Below are positions 1 to 9,388 of a stretch of 64,000 bases of DNA, one piece after another. Under the pieces are notes generated by a model that worked only from the letters and a program-made list of their open reading frames with translations, was not told the DNA's origin and made no database searches. Position 1 is the first letter of the stretch, and the number at the start of each line of letters is the position of its first letter. Location of the stretch: contig CAZBAM010000001.1 of NCBI GenBank assembly GCA_964490215.1, positions 194,962 to 258,961 on the forward strand. Direction: 5' to 3'. Origin of the DNA: Candidatus Micrarchaeota archaeon. Its GTDB lineage: Archaea; Micrarchaeota; Micrarchaeia; Anstonellales; Bilamarchaeaceae. The position numbers were made by a program, and so were the translations under genes.

Positions 1-148
1 TTGTTCGGCGCTCCGAACAATGGGGCACAAAGAACGGCACGCCGTTCTTTGTTGTTGCCAAGCGTATGAGGGGCGATGGGGACAGGTTTTTCTTGCTAAT
101 TTTCGCGTAGCGAAAATCGCAAGACGCTGAACAGGGTGCAGGTAAAAA

Positions 149-625
149 ATGCCGTACAAGTTTCTTGAGGGCCTGACGATGGCTGACGTGGCTTTTGAAG
201 CCACGGGAAAAACGCTGGAGGAGATGTTCGCCAGCGCAGCCGATGCCATGATGACCACCCAGGTCAAGGACCTGAAGAAGGTCGAGCATAAGGTGGAAAA
301 GGACTTCAGCCTCAAGGCGGCCGATGAGGAGCGGCTTTTGCACGATTTCCTGCAGGAATTGATATTCTTCAAGGACGCGGAACGGCTGCTGTTCAGCGGA
401 TATGAACTGAGGATAACCAGGGAAGCGGGTGCGAAGGGCGGAAACGCGAAGGGGGGAAGGGGCACGGAAGGCGGCAGATACGTCCTCAACGCCAAGGCGA
501 AGGGCGAGCCGCTTGACATGAAAAAGCACGAGCTTCTCGTGGACGTCAAGGCCGTGAGCTGGCACAAGTTCAGTGTTGAGAAGACCGCGAAGGGATGGAA
601 GGCGGTTGTAATAATAGACGTGTAG
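149..625 (+). CDS. archease-family protein with an internal Gly/Lys-rich low-complexity insert
   Basis: N-terminus MPYKFLEGLTMADVAFEATGKTLEEMF fits the archease signature; 158 aa, ATG start; the AGAKGGNAKGGRGTEGG loop is atypical for the family. Confidence 0.65.
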   Translation: MPYKFLEGLTMADVAFEATGKTLEEMFASAADAMMTTQVKDLKKVEHKVEKDFSLKAADEERLLHDFLQELIFFKDAERLLFSGYELRITREAGAKGGNAKGGRGTEGGRYVLNAKAKGEPLDMKKHELLVDVKAVSWHKFSVEKTAKGWKAVVIIDV

Positions 626-648
626 AAGGCGAGGGGGATGTTGGGTGC

Positions 649-1518
649 CTAGCGGATAATCGTCGTCCCTGCCTTTCCATTTATCGCCCGCGCTACGTTA
701 CTTATGGAGCAGATGACAACCTTCTTCCCGCCCTTTTCCAGGAACCGGATGGCTGACTGGACCTTCGGCCCCATGCTGCCCTCTGCGAAATGCCCGGACG
801 CGGCCAGCCGCCTCATCTGCCTGACGTCCGCCCTGCGTATCGGCCTCTGCGATTTCTTGCCGAAATCCGCGTAGGCCGCGTCCACGGACGTTATGAAAAC
901 CAGAAGGTCTGCGCCCACCGAGGACGCGAGCAACGATGAGAACCGGTCCTTGTCTATCACTGCCTGGACGCCCTTGCCGCTTTTCGCGACAGGTATGCCG
1001 CCGCCTCCGCCGCAGACGACCACGAACCCGGAACGCATGAGCGAGACGATTGCGTCTTTTTCAAGTATGGCCAGCGGCTCAGGCGACGGCACGACCAGGC
1101 GGTAGCCCCTGCCCGCGTCCATCACCATGTGCATGCCCGGCTGGATAGAGTCGTAGAACGGGCCGATGGGCTTTGTCGGATGGCGAAACGCAGCGTCGCG
1201 TTCATCTACGAGGGCGCGCGTGAGCAGCACCGCGGATTTCCTGCGCAGCGCGCTTTGCATGAAATAGCCGATTTCGCCCTGCGTCATCGCGTCAAGCACG
1301 TCAAGCGGCATCTCAGGCACGCGCCGGGTCGCATGCTGCTGGAGCAGGAGCGAGCCGACCTGCGGGCCGTTGCCGTGGGTGAGCGCCACCTGGTGCGCAT
1401 CCATGAGCGTGGAGAGCTTCCTGAGCGCGGAGCGGGCCGCCTTCAGCTGCTCTTTTGCCGTCCCCCGCGCGCCTTTCTGGAGCAGCGCGTTCCCTCCGAG
1501 AGCTATGACTATACGCAT
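649..1518 (-). CDS. arcC: carbamate kinase
   Basis: MRIVIALGGNALL...THGNGPQVG amino-acid-kinase fold motifs typical of carbamate kinase; 289 aa. Confidence 0.8.
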   Translation of the reverse strand: MRIVIALGGNALLQKGARGTAKEQLKAARSALRKLSTLMDAHQVALTHGNGPQVGSLLLQQHATRRVPEMPLDVLDAMTQGEIGYFMQSALRRKSAVLLTRALVDERDAAFRHPTKPIGPFYDSIQPGMHMVMDAGRGYRLVVPSPEPLAILEKDAIVSLMRSGFVVVCGGGGGIPVAKSGKGVQAVIDKDRFSSLLASSVGADLLVFITSVDAAYADFGKKSQRPIRRADVRQMRRLAASGHFAEGSMGPKVQSAIRFLEKGGKKVVICSISNVARAINGKAGTTIIR

Positions 1519-1605
1519 GAACTGGATTCGGGTGATAGGATAAAAAGCTTAACCGGCAAGTGGATTCCATGCAAAGGAACGTGTTGATACTAGGGGCCGC
1601 GGGAC

Positions 1606-2919
1606 GTGATAGGCCGGACTGACGACAGGCTGGCCCACGACTTCCATAATTTCAACATGTTTTTCCGCGACAACCCCGAATACAAGGTAGTGGGATTCAC
1701 GGCGACGCAGATACCGAACATAGCGAAGCGGAGGTATCCGGCTGAGCTTGCAGGCAGGCTGTATCCGAAAGGCATACCTATATACGACGAAAAGGACCTG
1801 GAAGCGCTGATAGTGAAGCACGCGATAGACGAGGTCTATTTCTCCTATTCCGACGTCTCGCACGAATACGTCATGCACCTGGCGTCGCGGACGCAGGCAA
1901 GGGGCGCGAGCTTCGTGCTGCTCGGGCCCAGGGAGACCATGCTGAAGAGCAGCAGGAAGGTCATCGCGGTGACGGCAGTGCGGACCGGCGCTGGAAAGAG
2001 CCCGCTTTCACTCACCCTGGCCCGCATGCTGAGGGCGAGGAAGGCGAGGTTCGTGGTCATCCGCCACCCGATGCCCTACGGCGACCTGCTCAGGCAGAGG
2101 GTGCAGAGGTTCGCGACCATGGCGGACCTGGACAGGCAGGAGTGCACCATAGAGGAGCGGGAGGAATACGAGCCGCACGTGAGGAACGGCACTGTGGTGT
2201 TCGCAGGCGTGGATTACGCAGACGTGCTCAGGGCCGCGGAGAAGGAGGCGGACGTCATAATATGGGACGGCGGTAACAACGACCTGCCGTTCATAAAGCC
2301 GGACTTGTATTTCGTGGTGGCCGACGCTCTGAGGCCGGGCCACGAGATGTGGTATTACCCGGGCGAGTCCAACTTCAGGGCCGCGGGCATAATAATCATA
2401 AACAAGGCTGGCGAGAACCCCACGGACATAAGGAGGATACGCAGGAACGCGCAGAACGCCAACCCAGGCGCGCTCGTGATGGAAACCGACCTTGAGCTGA
2501 CCGCAAGCCCGGACATGGACATCCGGGGTAAGAAGGCGATAGTGATTGAGGACGGCCCGACCACCACGCACGGCGGCATGAAGTTCGGCGCAGGCTACGA
2601 GTATGCGATGCGGCACGGCGCGGTTACCATTGACCCGAGACCGTTCGCGGTGGGAAGCATAAAGGAAATTTACGTGAAGTTCGAGCACCTTGCGAACATC
2701 ATACCGGCCATGGGATACTATGGCAGGCAGGTGGAGGAGCTCTCGGAGACCGTGAACCGGAGCGGCGCGGACGTCGTGGTGTGCGGCACGCCTGTGGACC
2801 TCACGCGCCTGCTGAAGACCAGGAAGCCGATGCTCCACGTCCATTACACGCTCAGGGAAAAGGAGCCGGGCGTGCTGGCGAAGGTGCTGGACAGGTTCCT
2901 GAAAACGGGGAAGAAATAG
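1606..2919 (+). CDS. COG2403-type predicted GTPase / cyclic 2,3-diphosphoglycerate synthetase-like protein (N-terminus apparently disrupted)
   Basis: FHNFNMFFRDNPEYKVVGFTATQIP...AVTAVRTGAGKSP motifs; an out-of-frame GTG at 1573 encodes VLILGAAGRD, the expected family N-terminus. Confidence 0.6.
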   Translation: MIGRTDDRLAHDFHNFNMFFRDNPEYKVVGFTATQIPNIAKRRYPAELAGRLYPKGIPIYDEKDLEALIVKHAIDEVYFSYSDVSHEYVMHLASRTQARGASFVLLGPRETMLKSSRKVIAVTAVRTGAGKSPLSLTLARMLRARKARFVVIRHPMPYGDLLRQRVQRFATMADLDRQECTIEEREEYEPHVRNGTVVFAGVDYADVLRAAEKEADVIIWDGGNNDLPFIKPDLYFVVADALRPGHEMWYYPGESNFRAAGIIIINKAGENPTDIRRIRRNAQNANPGALVMETDLELTASPDMDIRGKKAIVIEDGPTTTHGGMKFGAGYEYAMRHGAVTIDPRPFAVGSIKEIYVKFEHLANIIPAMGYYGRQVEELSETVNRSGADVVVCGTPVDLTRLLKTRKPMLHVHYTLREKEPGVLAKVLDRFLKTGKK

Positions 2920-3031
2920 GGGGACTGAAGGAATAGGGAACGGATAACAAAAATCAGGGGACAAGACCAGGGGGCCTGACGGCAAAAAATCACTCGCACC
3001 TAATCACTTGCCCGTAATCAGCTGCACCTAA

Positions 3032-3523
3032 TCATTTCCCCTTATTCTCCCCCTTGTAGACTCCTTCGTACATCGTCTTCGCTGCCTCGGCCAGCTTCAC
3101 GAAGACCATCTGGCCGATTTTCGCGTTGCGCTTGAGAGCCACCCCGTGCTCGTTCCTCACCACGAGGAGCGCCTCGCTCCTCCCCTCGTAGCCAGGGTCC
3201 CACACAGCGCACTCCAGCGTCACGCCGCAGCGCAGGAGCGATGAGCGGGGGAAGCAGAATGCGGCAGCGTCCGCTGGTATGCGGACGTACTCGTTGAACA
3301 TGACTTTGTAAGCGCCGGGCTGGAGGGTTATCTCGTCGGAGTTGAACGGGATGGGCTCCACCTCGCTTATCTTCCTCTCCCGGTTGTCAAAGTCAATTTT
3401 ACCGGCGGACCTGAACCGGTACGCCTCGCGCAGGGTAACGTCAATGCCTGCCGGCTGGAACTGCGACGGGTGCAGCACATCAACGGGCTTTATTTCCTCA
3501 AGATGCTGTTTTGGCAGAATCAT
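3032..3523 (-). CDS. dCTP deaminase/dUTPase-family protein
   Basis: ATG at 3521-3523 (MILPKQHLEEIK...) followed by dUTPase-like beta-barrel sequence; the 406-aa ORF-track extension upstream is antisense to the aldehyde dehydrogenase gene and was trimmed. Confidence 0.6.
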   Translation of the reverse strand: MILPKQHLEEIKPVDVLHPSQFQPAGIDVTLREAYRFRSAGKIDFDNRERKISEVEPIPFNSDEITLQPGAYKVMFNEYVRIPADAAAFCFPRSSLLRCGVTLECAVWDPGYEGRSEALLVVRNEHGVALKRNAKIGQMVFVKLAEAAKTMYEGVYKGENKGK

Positions 3524-3592
3524 GGCAATCCCTTTCTTCGGATTTCTCCCTTTCCCGGTTTTATTCTCCCGCCAAACCTTTATAATGTTTAG

Positions 3593-5068
3593 ATGGCTTC
3601 CTGTTCCATGGTCCAGGCCTATCGCATGTACATCGGGGGGGAATGGGTGGGTGCAGAGGCGCAGTTTGACGACCTCAATCCTGCGACCGAGGCGGCAATG
3701 GCGCGGTTCCCTGCAGGCAGCGGCGCTGACGTGGATCTGGCGGCTGACGCGGCAGAGGACGCTTTCCGCGCGTGGTCTGAAACGCCGCCTCCGCACAGGG
3801 CAAGGGTGCTCCAGCGCACTGCGGACATCCTGCGGCGGGACAAGCAGAGGCTCGGGAAGCTGGTGGCGACCGAGATGGGCAAGGTCCTGCCTGAGGCCCT
3901 GGGCGACGTGCAGGAGGCCATAGACACCTTTGAGTATTTCGCAGGCGAAGGCAGGCGGCTGTTCGGCCACACCACCACCAGCGAGCTCAGGGACAAGTTC
4001 GCGATGACGCTCCGCAGGCCGGTTGGCGTCGTGGGGCTGATAACCCCGTGGAACTTCCCGATAGCCATACCGGCGTGGAAGCTCGCGCCTGCGCTGGTCT
4101 GCGGCAACACCGTCGTTTTCAAGCCGAGTTCGGACACTCCGCTTTGCGCGCTGGAACTGGTTAAAATCCTCATTAAGGCAGGAGTGCCGCCCGGCGTCCT
4201 GAATTTCGTGACAGGCCCGGCCTCTTCTGTGGGCGAGGCCGTCGTAAGGCACCGGAAGATAGAGGGGCTGTCATTCACCGGCTCAAAGAGCACAGGCGAG
4301 TGGATAACCAGGAACGCTGGCCTGAAGAAGGTCGGGCTGGAACTTGGAGGCAAGAACCCCATAATAGTCATGGATGACGCTGACCTCGGACTTGCGGTGG
4401 AAGGCATACTGTGGGGCGCTTTCGGCACGACCGGGCAGAGGTGCACGGCTGCGAGCAGGGTCATAGTGAGCGGCAGGGTGAAGCGCAGGCTGCTGGACGC
4501 CCTGGTGGCAAGGGCGAAAAAGCTCAGGCTGGGGCCGGGGACGCGAAGGAACACGGACGTCGGGCCCCTGATAAACCGCGCGGCCGTGGAGAAGACCGGG
4601 AAGTACGTGGCCATCGGAAAGAAGGAGGGCGCGAAGCTGCTGTGCGGCGGCGGGCGGCCAAAGGGCAGGGGATTCTTCTACTACCCGACCATTTTTGACG
4701 GGGTTGGCAGGGACATGCGCATCGCGCGCGAGGAGATATTCGGGCCTGTGCTTTCAGTGCTGGAATTCCGGGGGCTGGACGAGGCCATAGACATCGCCAA
4801 TTCAGTGGATTACGGCCTCAGCTCGTCCATATACACGCGGGACGTGAACAGCGCGTTCAGGGCGATCTCGCGCATAGATGCCGGGCTGACCTACGTCAAT
4901 GCGAGCACCATAGGCGCAGAGGTCCACCTGCCGTTCGGGGGCGTGAAGGGCACAGGCCACACGCGCGAGGCAGGCATCCACGGCCTGGAAGAGTTCTCCA
5001 GCGTCAAGACGATTTACGTTGATTATTCCGGGAAGCTGCAGAAGGCGCAGATAGACGTTAAGGAATGA
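3593..5068 (+). CDS. NAD(P)-dependent aldehyde dehydrogenase
   Basis: ALDH motifs ELGGKNPIIVMDDADL and FGTTGQRCTAASRVIV (catalytic Cys); 491 aa. Confidence 0.85.
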   Translation: MASCSMVQAYRMYIGGEWVGAEAQFDDLNPATEAAMARFPAGSGADVDLAADAAEDAFRAWSETPPPHRARVLQRTADILRRDKQRLGKLVATEMGKVLPEALGDVQEAIDTFEYFAGEGRRLFGHTTTSELRDKFAMTLRRPVGVVGLITPWNFPIAIPAWKLAPALVCGNTVVFKPSSDTPLCALELVKILIKAGVPPGVLNFVTGPASSVGEAVVRHRKIEGLSFTGSKSTGEWITRNAGLKKVGLELGGKNPIIVMDDADLGLAVEGILWGAFGTTGQRCTAASRVIVSGRVKRRLLDALVARAKKLRLGPGTRRNTDVGPLINRAAVEKTGKYVAIGKKEGAKLLCGGGRPKGRGFFYYPTIFDGVGRDMRIAREEIFGPVLSVLEFRGLDEAIDIANSVDYGLSSSIYTRDVNSAFRAISRIDAGLTYVNASTIGAEVHLPFGGVKGTGHTREAGIHGLEEFSSVKTIYVDYSGKLQKAQIDVKE

Positions 5069-5209
5069 CTGCCGCACCAGCATGGGCGGAAGGGCGGACT
5101 GCCTAGCCGTCATCGCGGGGCGCAGGAGCCGGAAATGCCGCGAAAGAAGGTGCGGGAACGGGCAGGGGAGTAGGCAGGGTAATAAAGAGGAAAGCGCAGG
5201 AGGAATGGC

Positions 5210-6436
5210 ATGACGAAGTCCGCGGAAATAATCGCCAGGGACGCCAGGGTGATGTCGCCCTCGCTCACCAGGGAAACGCCGTTCGTCTTCGCAAAGGCGC
5301 ACGGCTGCCACATGTGGGACGCCGACGGCAGGCGCTACCTTGACTTCACAGCGTGCATCGCGGTCAACAGCATAGGCCACGACAACCCGGTGATAAGGAA
5401 GGCCATAATGAGGCAGATAAAATACGGCATACACTCGGCCTTCTCGGATTTCTATGCAGAGGAGCCGGTGAAGCTCGCGGAGAAGCTCCTTGGGCTCATG
5501 CCCGGCTTCGGCAAGGTGTTCCTGTGCAATTCAGGGACCGAGAGCGTGGAAGCCGCGTACAAGCTGGCGCGCTGGCACAGCGACCGCACCTGGACCATAG
5601 CGTTCCAGGGCGCGTTCCACGGCAGGACCATGGGCTCGCTTTCCATGACGAACTCCAGGCCTGTGCAGAGGCAGAGGTTCGGGCCTTTCCTGCCTGTGGT
5701 GCACGTCCTCTACCCCAATGCGTTCAGGATGGGCATGGAGCCGGAAGAATGCTCGCAGCACTGCCTCGGGCTGCTTGAGGACAGGATGAGCGCCATGAGG
5801 GACGACCTCGCCGCGGTTTTCCTTGAGCCCATACAGGGCGAGGGCGGATACGTCGTGCCCACGGCCAGCTTCGTGAGGGGCGTGAGGAAGCTCTGCAACG
5901 AATACGGCGCGCTGCTCTGCGACGACGAGGTGCAGGCAGGCTGCTTCAGGACCGGGAAGTTCCTGGCCATTGAGAATTTCGGCGTGAAGCCGGACATCGT
6001 GTCGCTCAGCAAGGCCATAGGCGGTGGCATACCACTCGGCGCCATGGTTTCCACTGACAGGATAATGGACTGGCCGAAAGGGGCGCACGCGAACACGTTC
6101 GGCGGCAACCTGCTGGCGTGCGCCGCAGGCATCGCCACGCTGGACTTCATGGTGAAGAAGGACCTTGGCCGTAACGCGGTGAAAATCGGCAGCTTCATGA
6201 TGAAGGAGCTTGAATCCATGAAGGGCGACGCCATCGTGGACGTGCGCGGCATGGGACTGATGATAGGCGTGGAGATATGCGGGAAAAAGGAGCGCGACGA
6301 CATCCTTCACAGGGCGCTGGACAAGGGGCTGGTGCTGCTGCCCGCGGGGGAAAGCGCCATAAGGATATGCCCGCCGCTCACCATAACGAAGGGCGAGGCC
6401 GGAACCGGACTGCGGATACTGGAGGAAAGCCTGTGA
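5210..6436 (+). CDS. class III PLP-dependent aminotransferase (acetylornithine/4-aminobutyrate aminotransferase family)
   Basis: LCDDEVQAGCFRTGKFLAIENFGVKPDIVSLSKAIGGGIPLGA with Schiff-base Lys; 408 aa. Confidence 0.8.
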   Translation: MTKSAEIIARDARVMSPSLTRETPFVFAKAHGCHMWDADGRRYLDFTACIAVNSIGHDNPVIRKAIMRQIKYGIHSAFSDFYAEEPVKLAEKLLGLMPGFGKVFLCNSGTESVEAAYKLARWHSDRTWTIAFQGAFHGRTMGSLSMTNSRPVQRQRFGPFLPVVHVLYPNAFRMGMEPEECSQHCLGLLEDRMSAMRDDLAAVFLEPIQGEGGYVVPTASFVRGVRKLCNEYGALLCDDEVQAGCFRTGKFLAIENFGVKPDIVSLSKAIGGGIPLGAMVSTDRIMDWPKGAHANTFGGNLLACAAGIATLDFMVKKDLGRNAVKIGSFMMKELESMKGDAIVDVRGMGLMIGVEICGKKERDDILHRALDKGLVLLPAGESAIRICPPLTITKGEAGTGLRILEESL

Positions 6437-6966
6437 AGGAGACGGCAAGGAAGCTCTACGTCATGCAGTTGCAATACGGCGGCATAGCCGAGGACGCGTA
6501 CCACTTCCTCCCGGCGGCCGAGCAGGGGATGCTCGTGGAGAGGAAGGGCAGGTTCTTCCTCAGGGACGGATGGCGCGGGAAGTTAAGGGTGGTGCTCACC
6601 GGCGGCGTGTTTGACGTCCTGCACATAGGCCACGTAGTGACGCTCACGGAAGCGAAAAGCCACGGCGACGTGCTTGTGGTGGCGGTGGCAAAGGACGAGC
6701 ACATCAGGAAAAAGGGCAGGACGCCGGTGCATCCGCAGGAATACCGCAGGATGCTGGTGGAGGCGCTGAAGCCCGTGGACGTCGCCCTGTGCGGCTTTGA
6801 CAGGCCGGAAAAGCTGCTGGCGTTCGTGAAGCCGGACGTCATCGTCTATGGCTACGACCAGAAGGAATTCGTCAGGCCGAAGGGCGTGGAGATAGTGAGG
6901 CTCGCGAGCAGGATAGACGACACGAAGTTCAAGACCGGCAGGATACTGGAGCTCCTCGGCCTCTGA
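6433..6966 (+). CDS. cytidylyltransferase-like nucleotidyltransferase (RibL/FAD-synthetase-like)
   Basis: VLTGGVFDVLHIGHV HxGH motif; GTG 6433 overlaps the upstream stop (alternative ATG at 6463); the ORF-track start at 6277 would overlap the aminotransferase. Confidence 0.55.
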   Translation: MKETARKLYVMQLQYGGIAEDAYHFLPAAEQGMLVERKGRFFLRDGWRGKLRVVLTGGVFDVLHIGHVVTLTEAKSHGDVLVVAVAKDEHIRKKGRTPVHPQEYRRMLVEALKPVDVALCGFDRPEKLLAFVKPDVIVYGYDQKEFVRPKGVEIVRLASRIDDTKFKTGRILELLGL

Positions 6967-7013
6967 CGTTAGCCCATAAATACCTTTAAAAAGCTACCAC
7001 GAGTTTTAACCTC

Positions 7014-7391
7014 ATGTTCCTAGGCCAGTTCAGACCCGTGTTCAAGGGCGAGGATGAAGAGCAGAAAACCGCCCAGAAGCCCCCACAAGAGGAGAAATCC
7101 AGCAGCGCGGAGGAATTCCTTAAGACGCCTGACGCGAAGCGGTTCGTGAAGGACTGGGCGGCCAGGGAACGGAACGGAAAACCAATTTTCACCCGCCGCG
7201 GCGTAACCGACCTGCTTTCCACCCTTTTCCAGGTCACGGGCCTTGACAGCAACAAGGGGATACTGACGGTGGCGGAGAGAATATTGCTCAAGCTCGGCAA
7301 CATGGATGGGCTGCAGGGCTTCCTGATGGGCTGGAAAGCCAAGACCGAAGGCCTCGTGAAGGGACTTAAGAGCATAGTTGGAGCGAAATGA
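7014..7391 (+). CDS. hypothetical protein
   Basis: 125-aa ORF with ATGA overlap onto the downstream zinc-ribbon ORF; no recognisable motif. Confidence 0.4.
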   Translation: MFLGQFRPVFKGEDEEQKTAQKPPQEEKSSSAEEFLKTPDAKRFVKDWAARERNGKPIFTRRGVTDLLSTLFQVTGLDSNKGILTVAERILLKLGNMDGLQGFLMGWKAKTEGLVKGLKSIVGAK

Positions 7392-7522
7392 AGAACGACA
7401 CCGAAGAGATGCGTGAGCTCATAAAGAGGGGCCTCTGCCCTGTGTGCAAGAGCCCTCTCGCCCACAGCGAGGGCTGCATCCAGTGCGAATCGTGCGGCTG
7501 GAGCGAGTGCGAGGAAGCGTAA
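7388..7522 (+). CDS. small zinc-ribbon protein (44 aa, two CxxC pairs)
   Basis: MKNDTEEMRELIKRGLCPVCKSPLAHSEGCIQCESCGWSECEEA; start overlaps the upstream stop codon. Confidence 0.4.
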   Translation: MKNDTEEMRELIKRGLCPVCKSPLAHSEGCIQCESCGWSECEEA

Positions 7523-7543
7523 GGGCGGGGCAGTGTGGTTTTT

Positions 7544-7551
7544 AAAGACGT
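7544..7551 (+). promoter_or_regulatory. TATA-box-like TTTTTAAA upstream of tRNA-Asn
   Basis: A/T octamer centred about -27 from the tRNA 5' end in GC-rich context. Confidence 0.35.
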
Positions 7552-7574
7552 TCTGGAAATGTGCTTATCCTATA

Positions 7575-7701
7575 TGCCTCGGTAGCTCAGTCGGTAGAGC
7601 GGCTGACTGTTAGTCCGCCTTTTTAGTAAAAAGGCGGCCCAAAAACTGGCTTCCCAGTTTACAGCAATCAGCAGGCCGGATGTTCAAATCATCCCCGGGG
7701 C
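7575..7701 (+). tRNA. tRNA-Asn (anticodon GUU) with a ~54-nt intron at the canonical 37/38 position
   Basis: acceptor GCCTCGG/CCGGGGC (one G-U pair), D-arm GCTC-AGTCGGTA-GAGC, anticodon stem GCTGA/TCAGC, loop CTGTTA[intron]A, T-arm GGATG-TTCAAAT-CATCC, discriminator G; no CCA encoded. Confidence 0.75.
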
Positions 7702-7810
7702 GTTTTAATTCATCCTGTTTTGAGACGGTAAGGATAGTTAGTTCACCACGATTTATTCATTTATGCGATATATTGTAAAGACATATGTTCTAAAGTACAA
7801 ATAATCCAGA

Positions 7811-8404
7811 ATGGTCAGGATTGACGATATGAAAGAACAGGAGATAAATTCTAGTCTAAAACAAAAAATTTTAGACGACCCCATAAAGCTCGGTTCTCTA
7901 CTAGTAGCAGTAGTTATGCTAATTGTTGCCATCTATTCACAAATTGAGAAATCGAAAGTAGATAACGAAAATTTAGCTTTGAATAAAGAGATATCGGATC
8001 TTAAAAAGCCGTCTATTATTGCACTGGATTATCGTGTTGAAGGAAATACTGCTTCGGAAGTCTTCTATTTTTATGTAACAAATCCATCAGATACAGAATA
8101 TTATGTAGATTTAACTCAAGGAACCTGCAAATCCAATTCTTCATTATTAAGTATATCTGCACCACCGGCAAAAAATAACCAACAAAACACAGTTGTAAGC
8201 GGCGATGAAATAACGCTGCCTTCTAATCCACCCCAAAATAAAATTCCGATACCACCTCACGGTAAAATCCAGATGCGCTGCGGTCCCTTCGATATAAGCA
8301 ATCCAGTTCGAGATTCTCCGATATATTTAACTACATGTATAAAATTTGAAAAAATTGAACAACCAATTTGTGAAGATTTGCAAATCATGGTTTTGAAAAA
8401 ATAG
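7811..8404 (+). CDS. hypothetical membrane-anchored protein in the AT-rich island
   Basis: 197 aa with an N-terminal hydrophobic helix (LGSLLVAVVMLIVAIY); AT-rich codon usage unlike the flanks. Confidence 0.45.
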   Translation: MVRIDDMKEQEINSSLKQKILDDPIKLGSLLVAVVMLIVAIYSQIEKSKVDNENLALNKEISDLKKPSIIALDYRVEGNTASEVFYFYVTNPSDTEYYVDLTQGTCKSNSSLLSISAPPAKNNQQNTVVSGDEITLPSNPPQNKIPIPPHGKIQMRCGPFDISNPVRDSPIYLTTCIKFEKIEQPICEDLQIMVLKK

Positions 8405-8626
8405 GACGGGTTATTTTTAGAAATCTTTGCATATTCCACATGCAATAATCCTACCAGAACCTGCATGGTTATGCGTGTATTGCGTATGAAAACGTAAAGT
8501 TAATAATGATAATAAGTAGTAAACTGTGTTAAAAAGATATAATTTATAAATGTATTCATACTAAGTTACTATGGGGTTGCTTCGAGGGCATGAGACTGCG
8601 GTCGATTAACCGGTAGGAGAGCCCCA

Positions 8627-9388
8627 TTATATTCTAATCATAGGTGGGACTTCATAAGATTCCAATTGAACTCTTGTCCGATTTTTATGAAATAGACAAT
8701 GCACCAGGTCATAATAATCTTCAATTTGTTTAATATGCCGTTCTCTGATACATCCAACGAGCATATCCGAAATTTGGATAGTTTTATGCGTTTTACTACT
8801 TCCATCCGCAATTTCTTTTATATTACACTTGCCAGTGGCAAAAAGTTTTTTCTTTAAACGGCCGCGTTCCAGTAATTTTTTTTCTTCGGGGACATTAAAA
8901 ATGAGCATATGATTACGCCCACGCGAAGTGGAGTATTGAAACATGTGCTTCTGATGGAATACTTGCTGGTCTATTAAAATTTCGAGATTAGGATCCAACG
9001 CATCTCTGGGGTGCTGATGCGCCCAGATATGAAAGAGGTACTGTGCTTCATCTTCTATTCTAAAGACTCGGTCTTTATTATCAGAAGGAGTTGGGAAAAC
9101 AGTATAGTATGCCTCCAGTTCTAATGTGGCAATTTCCCGTAGTTTCTTTTTTAAAAAGTCATCATAAACCTGCAGTCCTGTGCTCCTACACGCGTGTCGA
9201 AATCCCACATATTTAAATTCACCTTCCATAACTTTGTTATAAAGTGTAATAACCTCAGGTGGATCATCTTCTGAAATTGTCAGGATTTTTTTGACCTTGG
9301 GCAAAATCTGTTGGGGCATACTTACCAGGCATAACGCTGCAATTGGTTGAGTATTGCCCGACTCGTCCATTGTAAGCAGTTTAGACAT
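8627..9388 (-). CDS. hypothetical protein in the AT-rich island
   Basis: 253-aa ORF; no motif recognised. Confidence 0.45.
   Translation of the reverse strand: MSKLLTMDESGNTQPIAALCLVSMPQQILPKVKKILTISEDDPPEVITLYNKVMEGEFKYVGFRHACRSTGLQVYDDFLKKKLREIATLELEAYYTVFPTPSDNKDRVFRIEDEAQYLFHIWAHQHPRDALDPNLEILIDQQVFHQKHMFQYSTSRGRNHMLIFNVPEEKKLLERGRLKKKLFATGKCNIKEIADGSSKTHKTIQISDMLVGCIRERHIKQIEDYYDLVHCLFHKNRTRVQLESYEVPPMIRI

Noticed and set aside
893-1587. ORFs 893-1105(+), 1129-1587(+), 1313-1570(-) overlapping carbamate kinase
   Set aside because: Antisense/alternate-frame ORFs of a GC-rich coding region with low-complexity Pro/Arg/Ala translations.
2008-2985. 325-aa minus-strand ORF inside the COG2403 gene
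   Set aside because: Antisense to a well-supported CDS; Arg/His/Pro-rich junk translation.
3524-4252. N-terminal 243-aa extension of the dUTPase-like ORF (ORF track 3032..4252)
   Set aside because: The extension is antisense to the aldehyde dehydrogenase gene and low-complexity; a clean ATG with family-like sequence begins at 3523.
5531-6448. 305-aa and 197-aa minus-strand ORFs over the aminotransferase
   Set aside because: Antisense artefacts.
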